Shown here piece after piece: positions 50,742 through 64,000 of a stretch of 64,000 nt of DNA (the first letter of the stretch is position 1; the number at the start of each line of letters is the position of its first letter). The notes below the pieces were generated by a model. It did not search any database. It was not told where the DNA came from and saw only the letters and a program-made list of their open reading frames with translations. Source of the DNA: Malacoraja senta (taxonomy: Eukaryota); the NCBI GenBank assembly GCA_038087875.1, contig CM075989.1, positions 10,292,001 to 10,356,000 on the forward strand, given 5' to 3'. The position numbers were made by a program, and so were the translations under genes.

Positions 50742-53700
50742 CATGCATGCACAGGCTTTTCAATCCAGCATTAACTCTTTTCTGCAACTCGGGCCTATCA
50801 AATTCCCCCTGAAAATAATGAAAATTCCTGGAATTCCTCAGCCTGGGGAGTGAAGGTTTTGGCTACTTTTCGACCTGGGGTTAGTTTTGCAGTCAAGGCT
50901 TCTAATTAAATCTCTCTACAGGTCCATGCAACGCAAGTTTCCCTTAGTTTCAGGATTACCGTAGTCATTTATTACTTCCTGGGGGAGAAATTATGGCAGT
51001 TTATAATTTACTGTTTTTAAAAAGCCTTAATGCTGCCACACTAATTCGGTAAGGTGTGTTGCTGAATACGCGCATCTTGGACTGTGAAAAAAAAATGCTT
51101 CTGTGACTTATTCTGCTGCTGCTAATCCTGGATCGAGGATAAAATGGTCAACGCAGGAGCCAATTGGCTCATCGTGCTTGTGCTAGTTAGCAACAAACCT
51201 CCCAGCCCAATCCAAACTCCCAGTACCAGGCCCGTAGACCTGCAAGTTACAGCTCTTCAAGTACACATCCAAGTACTGTTCAGATGTGAAGAGCATTTGT
51301 GTCTCTCTCACCCTTTTGGAGAGCGAGCTTCAAACTGCCTCTGGGGGCAAAAAAAAAAAAAAGACTTTTGTTACCTCCCATCTAATCCGTCTACCGCTTA
51401 CTTGGAGTCCATGCTCTCTAGGTTTTGACCCCTCAAATGACTTTCTAAATCCCATCAGTTTACACACCTCAACCACCTCTATTAGCCTCATCTGTTCCAG
51501 AGAAAACAACACCTATATTTCCTCATAGCTACAATTTTCCAGTACTGCTAATATTGCACCTATAGGAAAACATTTGAGTTGTGGTCTCACAAGTAAAGAC
51601 TGATGGCTGCAATGAGGAAATCAACCTGAAGAGGTGAAGGAAGAGCACCACACAAGTAATAGATCACTCCTCATGGATTCTCAATGTCAATGCTTTGGTA
51701 AAGTCTTGACAGTTTGTATTATTGGACTTCTTCTCCACTTCACATTGCAGACAGATGACATTATATGAAGACAGATTTTATAACACCTTTCATAATTTTG
51801 GGACATCCAAAACGTCTTGACAGCCAATAACATAAATTCTGAAATATAATCAGTCACAATGAAGGTAAATTTAATTTACATATAACAGTCTCCCATAGAT
51901 GTCAGTGAGATAATGGCCACATCACCTACTTTTGGTTCTAGACCAAATATTAACCAACGTCAAGAAAAAAATAATCTGTTCTACTAGAGTGCCATGGAAT
52001 CACTTGCATCCACCTAAATTTCCAAAATGGATCCTAAGTTTAATATTTCATTACATAATTGTAGCATCAGTGAGTGTATCTTACTCCCTAGGTGTTCCAT
52101 GCTTAATATTATGAACTGAGGCTTAAACAAAAAAGAAGTGGATAAGTGAACATTCATATTTCTCATCTTCCTTATGCTAAAGAAGGATGCCATTCGGCAG
52201 ATCGAGTCTATGGCAGCTCTCAGAGAATTCCCATCAGTCTCAGTGAGCCATTTATTTCTCTGTAACCTATTGTCTCATGTGTTCACCATTTCCCCAATAC
52301 TCCCATCATCCACTTGCACTCGGGGAACTTATCAGTGCCCTATTAATCTAGCAACAGTCGTTTGGAACGTGGGAAGAAAGTAGAGCACCCTAGAAAAACC
52401 ATAAAGGTCACAAGGAGAAAGCGTGAACTCCAAACTGCTTTGACCTCAGAGGCAGGTCAAACTAAGGCTGCTGAAACTGTGATGTAGCAGCACTAACCAT
52501 TACACTACAGAATCATTAGTGTAAATTGCATGTGCTCAGCTTGCGGAGAAGCCAAACACCAACTTATTTAAGAGCTCAGAACCAAATGGGACCCAAAACA
52601 TTGGCTGTTTTCCCTTTAAAGACGTTGCTGGACTTGCTGAATGTTTAGAGTCGCTTCTGTTTTTGTTTCAGTTTCCAGCATCTGCAGTTTTTTGACTTTG
52701 AGGAAACCCTTGTTGCACTTACCCTCCCTAGTCTTGAATGCGACAATGGTCAGTCAGTTCTGGAAAGGATTTGACTAAAGGTTTTTGAGAAAATTCATGT
52801 CCCAAAATCATTCTACACAGAATAAAAACCTTACATTAAACTCAGCTCCCACAGGAACAGTGGTTATTAGAGTGAAAAAGTAGTGTGAAGTCTGCGCCTA
52901 ACTCTCAAAACAATCTCATAACACCATTTGTTCATTAACAGTTATTGTCAAATAATATAATTTCTCGCGCATGGTTAGTGAGGCAAGGAGAGATTTCTCT
53001 TCCCAACTCATCAATGTTGCCGGAGTATGGAGGAACTTATTGGGGTAGACAAAACTGGAGATAGGGCGAGGGGATTATTTCTGGCACAATGGTCACCCGC
53101 TCACCTGGCATCATATTATTTAGTGGAAGCACTTACACAATCACCTCCAGAGCCAACAGCTGTCGGGTTGTCTTAAGGTCCTAAGATGGACATGGTAACA
53201 CAGTCCCTCTTGAAGGTATTCCCCCATGTGGTCCTTCTAAATGTAGCCAGGAACTAATTAATATTTTCAAGCAAGAGAAATTGACCAAAAAATGGTAATT
53301 GTAATGTCAAAGGTAAGCTTATAACCCAGGCCTAAATTTGATAATCCAATGTATTGCCCAGTAGTCAAAAATATAAACCAGGTTTTAACAATTAAAATTA
53401 TATTCTTTTAAATGCCTGTAGAACCCAAATATACAGTCGACAAAGACGTTCTCATGGCTGAAATCCACAGGAAACCAAACTGAAAAAGCCTGTATTTCAC
53501 CAGGTTACTGTTGTCATCTTCAATTCCGAGCTGCTGGGAGCTACGTTGGCCACCATGGCAACAGCGGGCCCACCGCTTCCTTCACCCAATTCATTTGGAA
53601 ATGGGAGATTACAATGGGCTGATCTGACTTTCTGTCACGAGAACATAAACTTGCAAAAAACAGCTACCCCACTGGAATGAAAACACAGCATCTGCTTGCT

Positions 53701-54593
53701 TGGGGCCAACAGCATAGGGTTAAAGAGACCTCTGTAAACATGTGTGGGGTGGGGGATAGAGTGAGTGAGCGAGAGCGAGAGATAAAGAGCAACAGAGTGA
53801 GCGAGAGGAATGCTCCCCATTTTTCAAAGAGGATGACATGGCTTTCTCCAAAAGGTCAAGTGTCATAACCCTGACAGAGTGGCCTCTGACTGAAAGGAAA
53901 CAGCCACTAATGGAGACCCAGAGCAGTTTATACAAAGCATGCTGGACTCCAGGCTCACTATAGTACAATAAATACACCTCACAAAGTGAAGGGAGTTCAT
54001 TAAGGCCGTGGTAAGCCTTTTTTTCTGCTGTCTGGCTGGGCTGTCCGGTCTAAGAAACTGAAAGAAAGAGTTATTAACATTGGCCCTGTCAAGCCACTTA
54101 CAAGAGGAATGGATAGCAACAATCTTTGTGTAATTGTGAGAGGTTTACTGCTTTATCATACACACTGACCAGAGCCGTGTCCCACCCACAGCTAGTGTTA
54201 TTGATCAGAATCAAATGGTTCCCAGATCCAGAGGCTGGGTTTATCTGTCACTGAGCAATCCTGCTATATTCAAATTCTTTCTTACAGTGCAGCATCAGGA
54301 CATTGGACCGGGTAGCTCCCATCTAACACCATCGCAAACTCCTATTCCCTTCTCCATCGTATGTTTATGCAGCTTTAAATTAAATTAGTTGAGCAACATG
54401 GTAGTTGTTAATGCAAAGATCTGGACCACTGAAGCAAGTGACTTCCAAATCCCATCATGGCAAATTTAAATGCAAGTCATTGAATAAATCTGGAATAAAA
54501 GGTATGCCTCGATAACCGTGAAACCAGCATAAAAACATACCTGGTTTACTAATACAGTTTAGGGGAGGAAATCTGTCATTCTTACCTAGACTG

Positions 54594-54793
54594 NNNNNNN
54601 NNNNNNNNNNNNNNNNNNNNNNNNNNNNNNNNNNNNNNNNNNNNNNNNNNNNNNNNNNNNNNNNNNNNNNNNNNNNNNNNNNNNNNNNNNNNNNNNNNNN
54701 NNNNNNNNNNNNNNNNNNNNNNNNNNNNNNNNNNNNNNNNNNNNNNNNNNNNNNNNNNNNNNNNNNNNNNNNNNNNNNNNNNNNNNNNNNNNN
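54594..54793. other. Assembly gap (200 N)
   Basis: Run of exactly 200 N. Confidence 1.
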
Positions 54794-57700
54794 ATCTTCC
54801 ATTAATGCCCATATGTTACCCCCAATGTCATGAGCTCTACCCCAGGCACAACAGAGCTAGACCATTGAGGGTGATGTCAGAAAACACTGTCATGCACGGA
54901 TGCCTTGGATTCTGCCCCTCAAAACCTGCTGAGGTTGAGAGGCAAGTGAAACCTTCAAACTGCAAGTTGCAGAACCAAGGCATTAAATGGAGTTAAGGCA
55001 CACATCAGTCATATTCTAATTGAGTGGCTTTTGGGTTGATTGTCCAACTCCTTTTCTTTAACCCCCAGACCAGTGCAGCATTGAAACAGTTAAAATGTGT
55101 GTGCAAACAGACTTAGGCACTGACAAACTCAGCGACCTACTCTGAGTCAGTGATTACACACTGGAAGATAAGTGAACTGAAAGTGTTAAATCAGAGAAGA
55201 AAAAATTGTGGGTGAAAAGTCAGCACATAAACACAATGAGGTGAAGAAAAGGGGGGGAGAGCGATAAAGGGGAAAGACACAAGGAAAAATAAAGCTTAAA
55301 TGAAAAAATGTTTTCTGATAAGTATGTGGGGGTAAGTTTGATAAAATGCAGACAATGAATGAATGTGAGAGGTAATGGGGCAAAATGGAGTAGCAGGCAG
55401 GAGAGAGGTGAAAGGGGAGAGAAAAGGGGCTGGTAATAAAGAGATGGTGCCGTAAGGAAACTATTAGGCAGTAAATAGGAGATTGTGTTCTGCCTCCCCC
55501 ATGCACATTTTACGAGTCTTCAACAATGCTTTGCTGAAATGCAGCCACTCAATTCCTTTTACTTTTAAATTTTCAGACATACTTTTAAACAAAACCTCAA
55601 AAAGCAGGATTGCCTTGCCCCTGAAGACACGATCTCCCTCAGCCAGCCCCTAATACAAGGGGCCTGCACTGTCTCATCCGTAGCCAACTATTAGCTTTTG
55701 CCTGAAGCAATTAGGTGATGCCATTATGGAGACAGCGGGGGAGGGGCCCTGAAAGCTTTGAGTGCAGAACAACACTGCCAGATAAATTGGAAGAAAATTC
55801 AGTATTTGAATTCATGGTCCAATGGTGTGCCACAAAAGCCTGATCAATATTTTGACTCAGAATTAGAGAGGTTTAATATAAATGGCTCCCACTGTCTTCC
55901 CTGTTTGGAGGAAGTGGTACAATTCCAGCACTTTAGAACAACTATTATTACAGAGACAACGAGAACTTATAACAGCAACATTCAGCCTGGCGACACTGCT
56001 ATCTCTCCCATCGAAAGGCAACTTATCAGCCAGACAAACGCAGTGAAACAGAGCTCTTGTTTATATATGGGGCTGTTTCAAGCAGTCAGCATTTCCCCTT
56101 TGCAAAAACCGTGCTCTCTTGTAGGCAGACGAACAGATCGAGGAAATTTAAAACTGTTTAAAAAAAATTTAGATGTGTACTGCAAAATAATTATTTCTAA
56201 AAATATGATGGACCAAGAAAAGACGAACAAAAACCCACAAAATATTTGGGTGGATCTGATTAAAGTTGGGGAGAAAAAAGGTGCCCCTGTACTTAAAACC
56301 CACAGAAATGTCTGCCTTAAACAAAGATTTTGCATTTACACTGAGTCTTTCACTACTTTAAATACGAGAAAAACAGCAGCAGCACATTTCCACATAGAAA
56401 GATCCCACAATCAGTAATTTAATAACTATCTGTTAAGTTTTAGGGATATTAGTTAAAAGATCATTATTAGCCAGGGCAGATTGAACTCTAAGTTATATAT
56501 CTCTGGAGCAGACGGCAGAGATTGGGAAGGGACAAACGACAGTGGAAGAGTTTCGTTTGAGCCTCTTTGAGGTTCAAATGACAAGAAATAAATCAAATCA
56601 AATCAAATCAAATTGAAAACACGAGTGGAATAAAAAAAAACAAGAGATTTTGTTTATAAAATGAGAAGCTTAGAGAGGGCAGATAGTCTTTTCCAAGGCG
56701 CGAGGAAGTCTTAAACTAGAACGTGCATGAGAGGGAACAGTGAGAGGGAAAAATTTAAAGGAGATCTGAGTGGGTGGTTATTTAGATGAGTGATGTCAGA
56801 TGAGTGGTGGAGGCAAACAACATTACAATTTGAAAGGAATTAGGGCAGATAGGCAAGTAGAGGGATATGGGCTTAATACAGGGGAAATGGGATTACAGTT
56901 GGCATGGACGTTGGGCCAAAGTTGATTCTGTGCCATACACCTCTGAGGGTAGTGTGACAAAGAGCAAGAAATATTTAGTCAATTGGCAGGGATGTCACAT
57001 CGATGTGATGGCAGGCTGCATAGATCAAAAGATGCCAAGTTCCACCTCTGGTCCCTGTAAAGTGGCACCTACTTTAGATTCTTTAGATTGCCAGCAGAGC
57101 TTGGATCCTGCTCTGCCTAAAATTATGTCAACCAATAGGCTACTGGACCATCATCACATTGCCATCTGTGGGATCCTGCTGTGCTGACAATGCTTGGATC
57201 CATGGATATTAAGGGAATCATGGAATATGGGCAAGTCCACAAAGTCATGCTGAGATAAAGGATCAGTGACAATCTTATCTAGTGGTACAACAGGCACAAG
57301 TGGATAAACAGCCTTTTTCTTCTTCCAGTCTTATGTCTTATCTCCAAAAAAAGCATTCTCACTTTTGAGAAAACACCATGGGAAGTCCCTTATGGGGTGT
57401 AAGGACCTGAGAGAAAGCTCTTGTTTTCAGAAAAATCCTCAAATAGCCCCACCTCTATCCCTACTTTGAGGCCCAGGCCCCAGGAGCCTGCCACTTCTTT
57501 CCTAAAGTCCAACGGCAAAGCCTCCTCCCTCCTTTATCTCAGTGTGGGTTGAGCAGGGAGTCGAGTTACGTCTCTGGAGACAGGCAGATAATAGCGGGCT
57601 TAAAGAGGCAAGTGGCTCTCTGGTTTCTCACTCACATTCTACCCTCGTTTATAAGGGTTTTATTTGTCAAACATCCTTGTTCTATACCAGTTACCATCCA

Positions 57701-60567
57701 TGACTATACCAGTTACAAGATTCCACCAGTATTCCATCTCAGGTTTGATGTTTGATCACTTGATCAGAAACTTTTGAATGTGTTTCACAGATCCCCATCC
57801 CAGAGATCCTAGAGGAATCAGACAAGCTCTCACTCCCCATTCCTGTGTCTGTCCCAGTGTGCCTCATCAGGGCAACGGGGCTTCATTAAGGAAAGCCCAT
57901 GGTTCTTGCTTATTGATGCAGTCAAGACCAAGCCTCATTGCAAGGCCATGAGGGGGGAGGGGAGCGGAGCGGGACGGGGAGGGGGAGAGTTCTTACAGAT
58001 AGTGGGAAATATTTAGTGAGAAAAGCTTTGGATTGTTTTCATTGATCCTATAACAGAAATGTAGTATTTCTGCACACTAGATCCCAAAGACAAGTGTGTG
58101 AACACAACCAGGTGACCAATGTTAGAGTTAGCTGAGAAATAAATCCTGGCTGGAGATGTAATCAGAGAATCTGTATTATTGTTTGCCAATATTTATGCAG
58201 GTTCCCTACATTCATTGATCGCATGTCATTGATAAGGCCCAGAGTTATGCCCATGCAAATGCCAGTCCCTTTCATGCCACCCCCACACATTCCAATGTAA
58301 TCCATACTGATTAGGCCCGAGCTTCCTTAGTCTGTCTCTCAACAAGAATGAATCCTACTCTGTGGGGGTGAATCACACTCCCCTCAGAACAAGGGCCCCG
58401 AGAGCAAATATTTTGCATATCTATAGCACTGTTCACATCCCCAGGATGCCCCATGGTAATCAGTCAATGGAGTGCTCTAAAATGCAGTTCCTGTGGGCAC
58501 CTAATGTGGGGAAAGAGGTGGTGCACACAGAACATCCCACGTAGAGCAATGTGATGATCAACAGATAATTTTATTTCCCAGTGATGTTCGTCATGACCCT
58601 GGTTATCTTTTCTCCAACCATTTGCTGGTGAAATCAGTCCTTCTCCATCAATTTTATCTCTGCTGTTGTATTTTTCCCCTCTGATATTGTTTAGCCAGTC
58701 ATGCAACATGGATATGAGCCATTCGGCCCACGCTAACCTTTTTGTCCAGCTATGCTAATCCCATTTGCCCGTATGCTTCCATTGCCATGACCATTCAAAT
58801 ACTCCCTTCCCTCTTACTCCACTAGCAAAAGCTCATGATGTGAATAATGTATCTTGCTGCCTCACACCCACCCCAACATGTGCTCTTTTCCTTCCTGGAA
58901 TTTCTTTGCCCAGCTGGCAAGGTACTGGAGAGGTGAACATTTCATACAAAAGTCAGCATTTCTGACAGCACAGCACTCCTTGGGTACCATGCTGGGACAT
59001 TTTGTAACTCCAGAGCAGGGGGCAAATCCATCAGCTCCAGTCTCTGAGAAAGAAAATCTTCCACAGTGCACTATAGAGCCTCAGGGGACTGGGTGCTGGC
59101 AACCTTCCTGCTGGTTCTTGCAGTGTTGATCAAGGCAGGCCTGATCAAATGGAGCAAATGAACCTAGTAAATGGTGTGGCATTTCCCCTTCATAAAAATA
59201 GAATCTGTCCCTATTTCTTTTCCAAATAAAGAATAGAGTGGCTCTTGCACAACAGTCAGCACATGGCATTCCGACCTAGAAGAAGCAAACACAATTCTTC
59301 CCGATCCAACTCCACAAAGGACTCTGACTCAGGGAAGAATCCAGCTCTTGGTGCGCTAAACCTACAAGAGGAAGCAGCTCATCTCAATCCAGACTTTTTC
59401 AATTATGCCCAAATATCCATTGAAAAACTTTTTTTTTGGTTTGATTTTTACAATATTTTTTGGATGGAGCAGACTCCCCCCCCACCCCCCCAAAACCCAA
59501 CAACAACCTTGTAAGTTTTAATTCCTGTGTACGTTTTCCAACTCTGTGTGCCAGAACTGTCCTTTGAGTTCAGGGCACTTCACTGAGTGATCTTAATGGA
59601 AGCCAAGAATATACAAGTCCCTTGAAATAGTATTTCAGTTCAGTAAATCACCCACTTCCATACTCCTCTTGCCTTTCAACCCTGAACAGACTCAAACTCT
59701 TCCTTCCCGTGGCACTTCTTTGCTCCTCATTTTTCACTTTACCTCCTCACAGTCCTTGTGATGGGCTTGGTCCAGACTTCATTACAAGTTAATCTCAAAG
59801 ACAGAAAGAGGGCACAGTCATCAGTACAACTTCCTGCAGCAACCTTCCAGCCATTAGCTCACTGAGGAGAACAGTTTGACCACCAAGTCCACATCCTCAT
59901 AGCCTACGTGCTTCCTTCATTAACAAGCTTGTACAGATGATCGATCCAATGCAAAAATAAACAACAGATTTATGAGGTGTTCTTTAATGCAGCAAACAAA
60001 AATTAAAGTGACGCATGAAAGCCTTCTGGCAGAACTTGATGCCCATTTCTCAAGTTTGAATTAATCGCTGTGACTCTTACTGTTTGTTGTACTGAAAACA
60101 AAACCTTAAATGAGGTGGATCTCACTTGTTGAATGCCAGACATGCAGCAAGGGCAAGAAAGATAAATCCAAGTCCATCCCACTTCCAACTCTTCCATCTA
60201 GGTGGTTGGAGGCACATCCAATGAAAATTTATAGGATGCAAGACAACTGTTTAGCTTGGATCAAAAAACAAACAGCTAAATAGTCATATCTAGCAAAATA
60301 GACATATCTACAGTGATTTTCAGATGATTGGGTACTTTTGAATTGTAGTCACTGCAATAATACAGGAGGAGCAGCCAATTTGCACACAAGGACCCAAAGC
60401 CTCAGTAATGGAAGATGGGTAGAGATTACGCAGGTTCTCATTAATACAAATACAATCTCTGCAGCCAGGTTCTGGGTGTTTCTAAAGGCTGCCTGAACAC
60501 TCCTTGATGAGAGATCATGGCATGAATTAGAATTCAAGTGTACGATGGCACCTGGTGTGATGACACA

Positions 60568-62181
60568 CAGTGCCCTCCATAATGTTTGGGACAAAGAACT
60601 CATCATTAATTTATTTGCCTCTGTACTCCGCAATTTGAGATTTGTAATAGAAAAAAAAAAATCACACATGGTTAAAGTGCACATTGTCAGATCTTATTAA
60701 AGGCCATTTTTACATATTTTGGTTTCACCATGTAGAAATTACAACTGTGTTTATACATATGCTCCCCATTTCAGGGCACCATAATGTTTGGGATACATGG
60801 CTTCACAGGCGTTTGTAATTGCTCAGGTGTGTTTAATTGTCTCCTTAATGCAAGTATAAGAGAGCTCTCAGCACCTAGTCTTTCCTCCAGTCTTTCCATC
60901 ACCTTTGGAAACTTTTATTGCTGTTTATCAACATGAGGACCAAAGTTGTGCCAATGAAAGTCAAAGAAGCCATTATGAGACTGAGAAACAAGAATAAAAC
61001 TGTTAGAGACATCAGCCAAACCTTAGGCTTACCAAAATCAACTGTTTGGAACATCATTAAGAAGAAAGAGAGCTTACTAATCGCAAAGGGACTGGCAGGC
61101 CAAGGAAAACCTCCACAGCTGATGACAGAAGAATTCACTTTATAATAAAGACAAATCCCCAAACACCTGTCCGACAGATCAGAAACAACTCTTCAGGAGT
61201 TAGGTGTGGATTTGTCAATGACCACTGTCCGCAGAAGAATTCCTGAACAGAAATACAGAGGCTACACTGCAAGATGCAAACCACAGGTTAGCTACAAAAA
61301 TAGGATGGCCAGGTTACGGTTTGCCAAGAAGTACTTAAAAGAGCAACCACAGTTCTGGAAAAAGGTCTTGTGGACAGATGAGACGAAGATTAAATTATAT
61401 CAGAGTGATGGCAAGATCAAAGTATGGAGGAGAGAAGGAACTGCCCAAGATCCAAAGCATACCACCTCATCTGTGAAACACAGTGGTGGGGGTGTTATGG
61501 CCTGGGCATGTATGGCTGCTGAAGGTACTGGCTCACTTATCTTCATTTATGATAGAACTGCTGATGGTAGTAGCTTAATGAATTCTGAAGTGTATAGACA
61601 CATCCTATCTACTCAAGTTCAAACAAATGGCCAGTGGTTCATTCTACAGCAAGACAATGATCCCAAACATACTGCTAAAACAACAAATGAGTTTTTCCAA
61701 AGCTAAAAAAAAAGGTAAATTCTTGAGTGGTCAAGTCAATCACCTGATCTGAACCCAATTGAGCATGCCTTTTATAGGTTGAAGAGAAAACTGAAGCATA
61801 AGCTAAAGATGGCTGCAATACAGGCCTGGCAGAGCATCACCAGACAAGACACCGAGCTACTGGTGATGTCCATGAATCACAGACTTCAAACAGTCATTGC
61901 ATGCAAAGGATATGCAACAAAATACTAAACATGACTACTTTCATTTACAGGACATTGCTGTGTCCCAAACATTATGGTGCCTTGAAATGTGGGGACTATG
62001 TATAAACACTGCTGTAATTTCTACATGGTGAAACCAAAATGTATTAAAATTGCCTTTACTAAAATCTGACAATGTGCACTTTAACCACGTGATTGTTTTC
62101 TATTACAAAGCTCAAATTGTGGAGTACAGAGGCAAATAAATAAATGACGGGTCTTTGTCCCAAACATTATGGAGGGCACTG
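60568..62181 (+). mobile_element. Tc1-family IR/DR transposon, copy 2 (within the duplication)
   Basis: Same TIRs, flanks and transposase as 49128-50741. Confidence 0.95.
60933..61928 (+). pseudogene. Tc1 transposase pseudogene, copy 2
   Basis: ORFs 60918-61145 and 61206-61706 (WTDE, QDNDPKH), then SPDLNPIE after a frameshift. Confidence 0.92.
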
Positions 62182-64000
62182 CATGCATGCACAGGCTTTT
62201 CAATCCAGCATTAACTCTTTTCTGCAACTCGGGCCTATCAAATTCCCCCTGAAAATAATGAAAATTCCTGGAATTCCTCAGCCTGGGGAGTGAAGGTTTT
62301 GGCTACTTTTCGACCTGGGGTTAGTTTTGCAGTCAAGGCTTCTAATTAAATCTCTCTACAGGTCCATGCAACGCAAGTTTCCCTTAGTTTCAGGATTACC
62401 TTAGTCATTTATTACTTCCCGGGGAGAAATTATGGCAGTTTATAATTTACTGTTTTTAAAAAGCCTTAATGCTGCCACACTAATTCGGTAAGGTGTGTTG
62501 CTGAATACGCGCATCTTGGACTGTGAAAAAAAAAATGCTTCTGTAACTTATTCTGCTGCTGCTAATCCTGGATCGAGGAATCGCGATAAAATGGTCAACG
62601 CAGGAGCCAATTGGCTCATCGTGCTTGTGCTAGTTAGCAACAAACCTCCCAGCCCAATCCAAACTCCCAGTACCAGGCCCGTAGACCTGCAAGTTACAGC
62701 TCTTCAAGTACACATCCAAGTACTGTTCAAATGTGAAGAGCATTTGTGTCTCTCTCACCCTTTTGGAGAGCGAGCTTCAAACTGCCACCGCCCTCTGGGG
62801 GCAAAAAAAAAAAAAGACTTTTGTTACCTCCCATCTAATCCGTCTACCGCTTACTTGGAGTCCATGCTCTCTAGGTTTTGACCCCTCAAATGACTTTCTA
62901 AATCCCATCAGTTTACACACCTCAACCACCTCTATTAGCCTCATCTGTTCCAGAGAAAACAACACCTATATTTCCTCATAGCTACAATTTTCCAGTACTG
63001 CTAATATTGCACCTATAGGAAAACATTTGAGTTGTGGTCTCACAAGTAAAGACTGATGGCTGCAATGAGGAAATCAACCTGAAGAGGTGAAGGAAGAGCA
63101 CCACACAAGTAATAGATCACTCCTCATGGATTCTCAATGTCAATGCTTTGGTAAAGTCTTGACAGTTTGTATTATTGGACTTCTTTTCCCACTTCACATT
63201 GCAGACAGATGACATTATATCAAGACAGATTTTATAACACCTTTCATAATTTTGGGACATCCAAAACGTCTTGACAGCCAATAACATAAATTCTGAAATA
63301 TAATCAGTCACAATGAAGGTAAATTTAATTTACATATAACAGTCTCCCATAGATGTCAGTGAGATAATGGCCACATCACCTACTTTTGGTTCTAGACCAA
63401 ATATTAACCAACGTCAAGAAAAAAATAATCTGTTCTACTAGAGTGCCATGGAATCACTTGCATCCACCTAAATTTCCAAAATGGATCCTAAGTTTAATAT
63501 TTCATTACATAATTGTGGCATCAGTGAGTGTACCTTACTCCCTAGGTGTTCCATGCTTAATATTATGAACTGAGACTTAAACAAAAAAGAAGTGGATAAG
63601 TGAACATTCATATTTCTCATCTTCCTTATGCTAAAGAAGGATGCCATTCGGCAGATCGAGTCTATGGCAGCTCTCAGAGAATTCCCATCAGTCTCAGTGA
63701 GCCATTTATTTCTCTGTAACCTATTGTCTCATGTGTTCACCATTTCCCCCAATACTCCCATCATCCACTTGCACTCGGGGAACTTATCAGTGCCCTATTA
63801 ATCTAGCAAGTCGTTTGGAACGTGGGAAGAAAGTAGAGCACCCTAGAAAAAACCATAAAGGTCACAAGGAGAAAGCGTGAACTCCAAACTGCCTTGACCT
63901 CAGAGGCAGGTCAAACTAAGGCTGCTGAAACTGTGATGTAGCAGCACTAACCATTACACTACAGAATCATTAGTGTAAATTGCATGTGTTCAGCTTGCGG

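Larger units (their letters stand above)
43312..52546 (+). repeat. Copy A of a >=9.2-kb near-identical direct duplication
   Basis: Colinear with 54794-64000; offset 11482 at the start and 11454 at the window end. Confidence 0.97.
31919..64000 (-). other. SMAD6: SMAD6 large last intron (partial; upstream exons not seen in window)
   Basis: Acceptor at 31920-31919; I found no upstream SMAD6 linker exon (DLSDSTLSYTE-like) by eye. The mammalian last intron is also tens of kb. Confidence 0.7.
54794..64000 (+). repeat. Copy B of the duplication (starts at the gap edge, runs off the window)
   Basis: Begins atcttccattaatgccc, identical to 43312 onward. Confidence 0.97.

Noticed and set aside
55758-56417. 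219-aa ORF (170 aa in copy A)
   Set aside because: No recognisable domain, non-ATG start, and the frame differs between the two copies.
60568-62181. Second Tc1 as an independent transposition
   Set aside because: Flanks are identical to copy 1; it is part of the larger duplication.
1-64000. CRISPR arrays, operons or other prokaryotic/viral systems
   Set aside because: No repeat-spacer arrays or gene-dense segments; the recurring short motifs are retroposon ends in vertebrate DNA.

Overview
Vertebrate genomic DNA, inferred to be a cartilaginous fish (skate/ray-like) from its repeats (HE1-type V-SINEs, CR1/HER1-like LINEs, Deu-domain SINEs, Penelope-like elements). The only host coding sequence is the last exon of SMAD6 (minus strand; CDS 31377-31918, MH2 domain) with a ~360-nt 3'UTR. 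31919-64000 is inferred to be its large last intron and 1-31000 the downstream intergenic DNA. The rest is repeats: CR1, L1, Rex/Babar and Penelope fragments, SINEs, hAT and Harbinger MITEs, and a near-full-length IR/DR Tc1 element. 43312-52546 recurs nearly identically at 54794-64000 right after a 200-N gap, most likely a haplotype/overlap assembly artefact. Most notable observations: an L1 fragment with a 247-bp target-site duplication (TSD); many Penelope-associated minimal hammerhead-ribozyme motifs, including a 191-bp palindrome with two back-to-back cores; a Tc1 flanked by CA rather than TA; a 1-kb DNA transposon with a 7-bp TSD; clustered miR-17/miR-92/Pumilio sites in the SMAD6 3'UTR. 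I cannot support a wholly new gene system here. All family names come from recognition by eye, not database searches.
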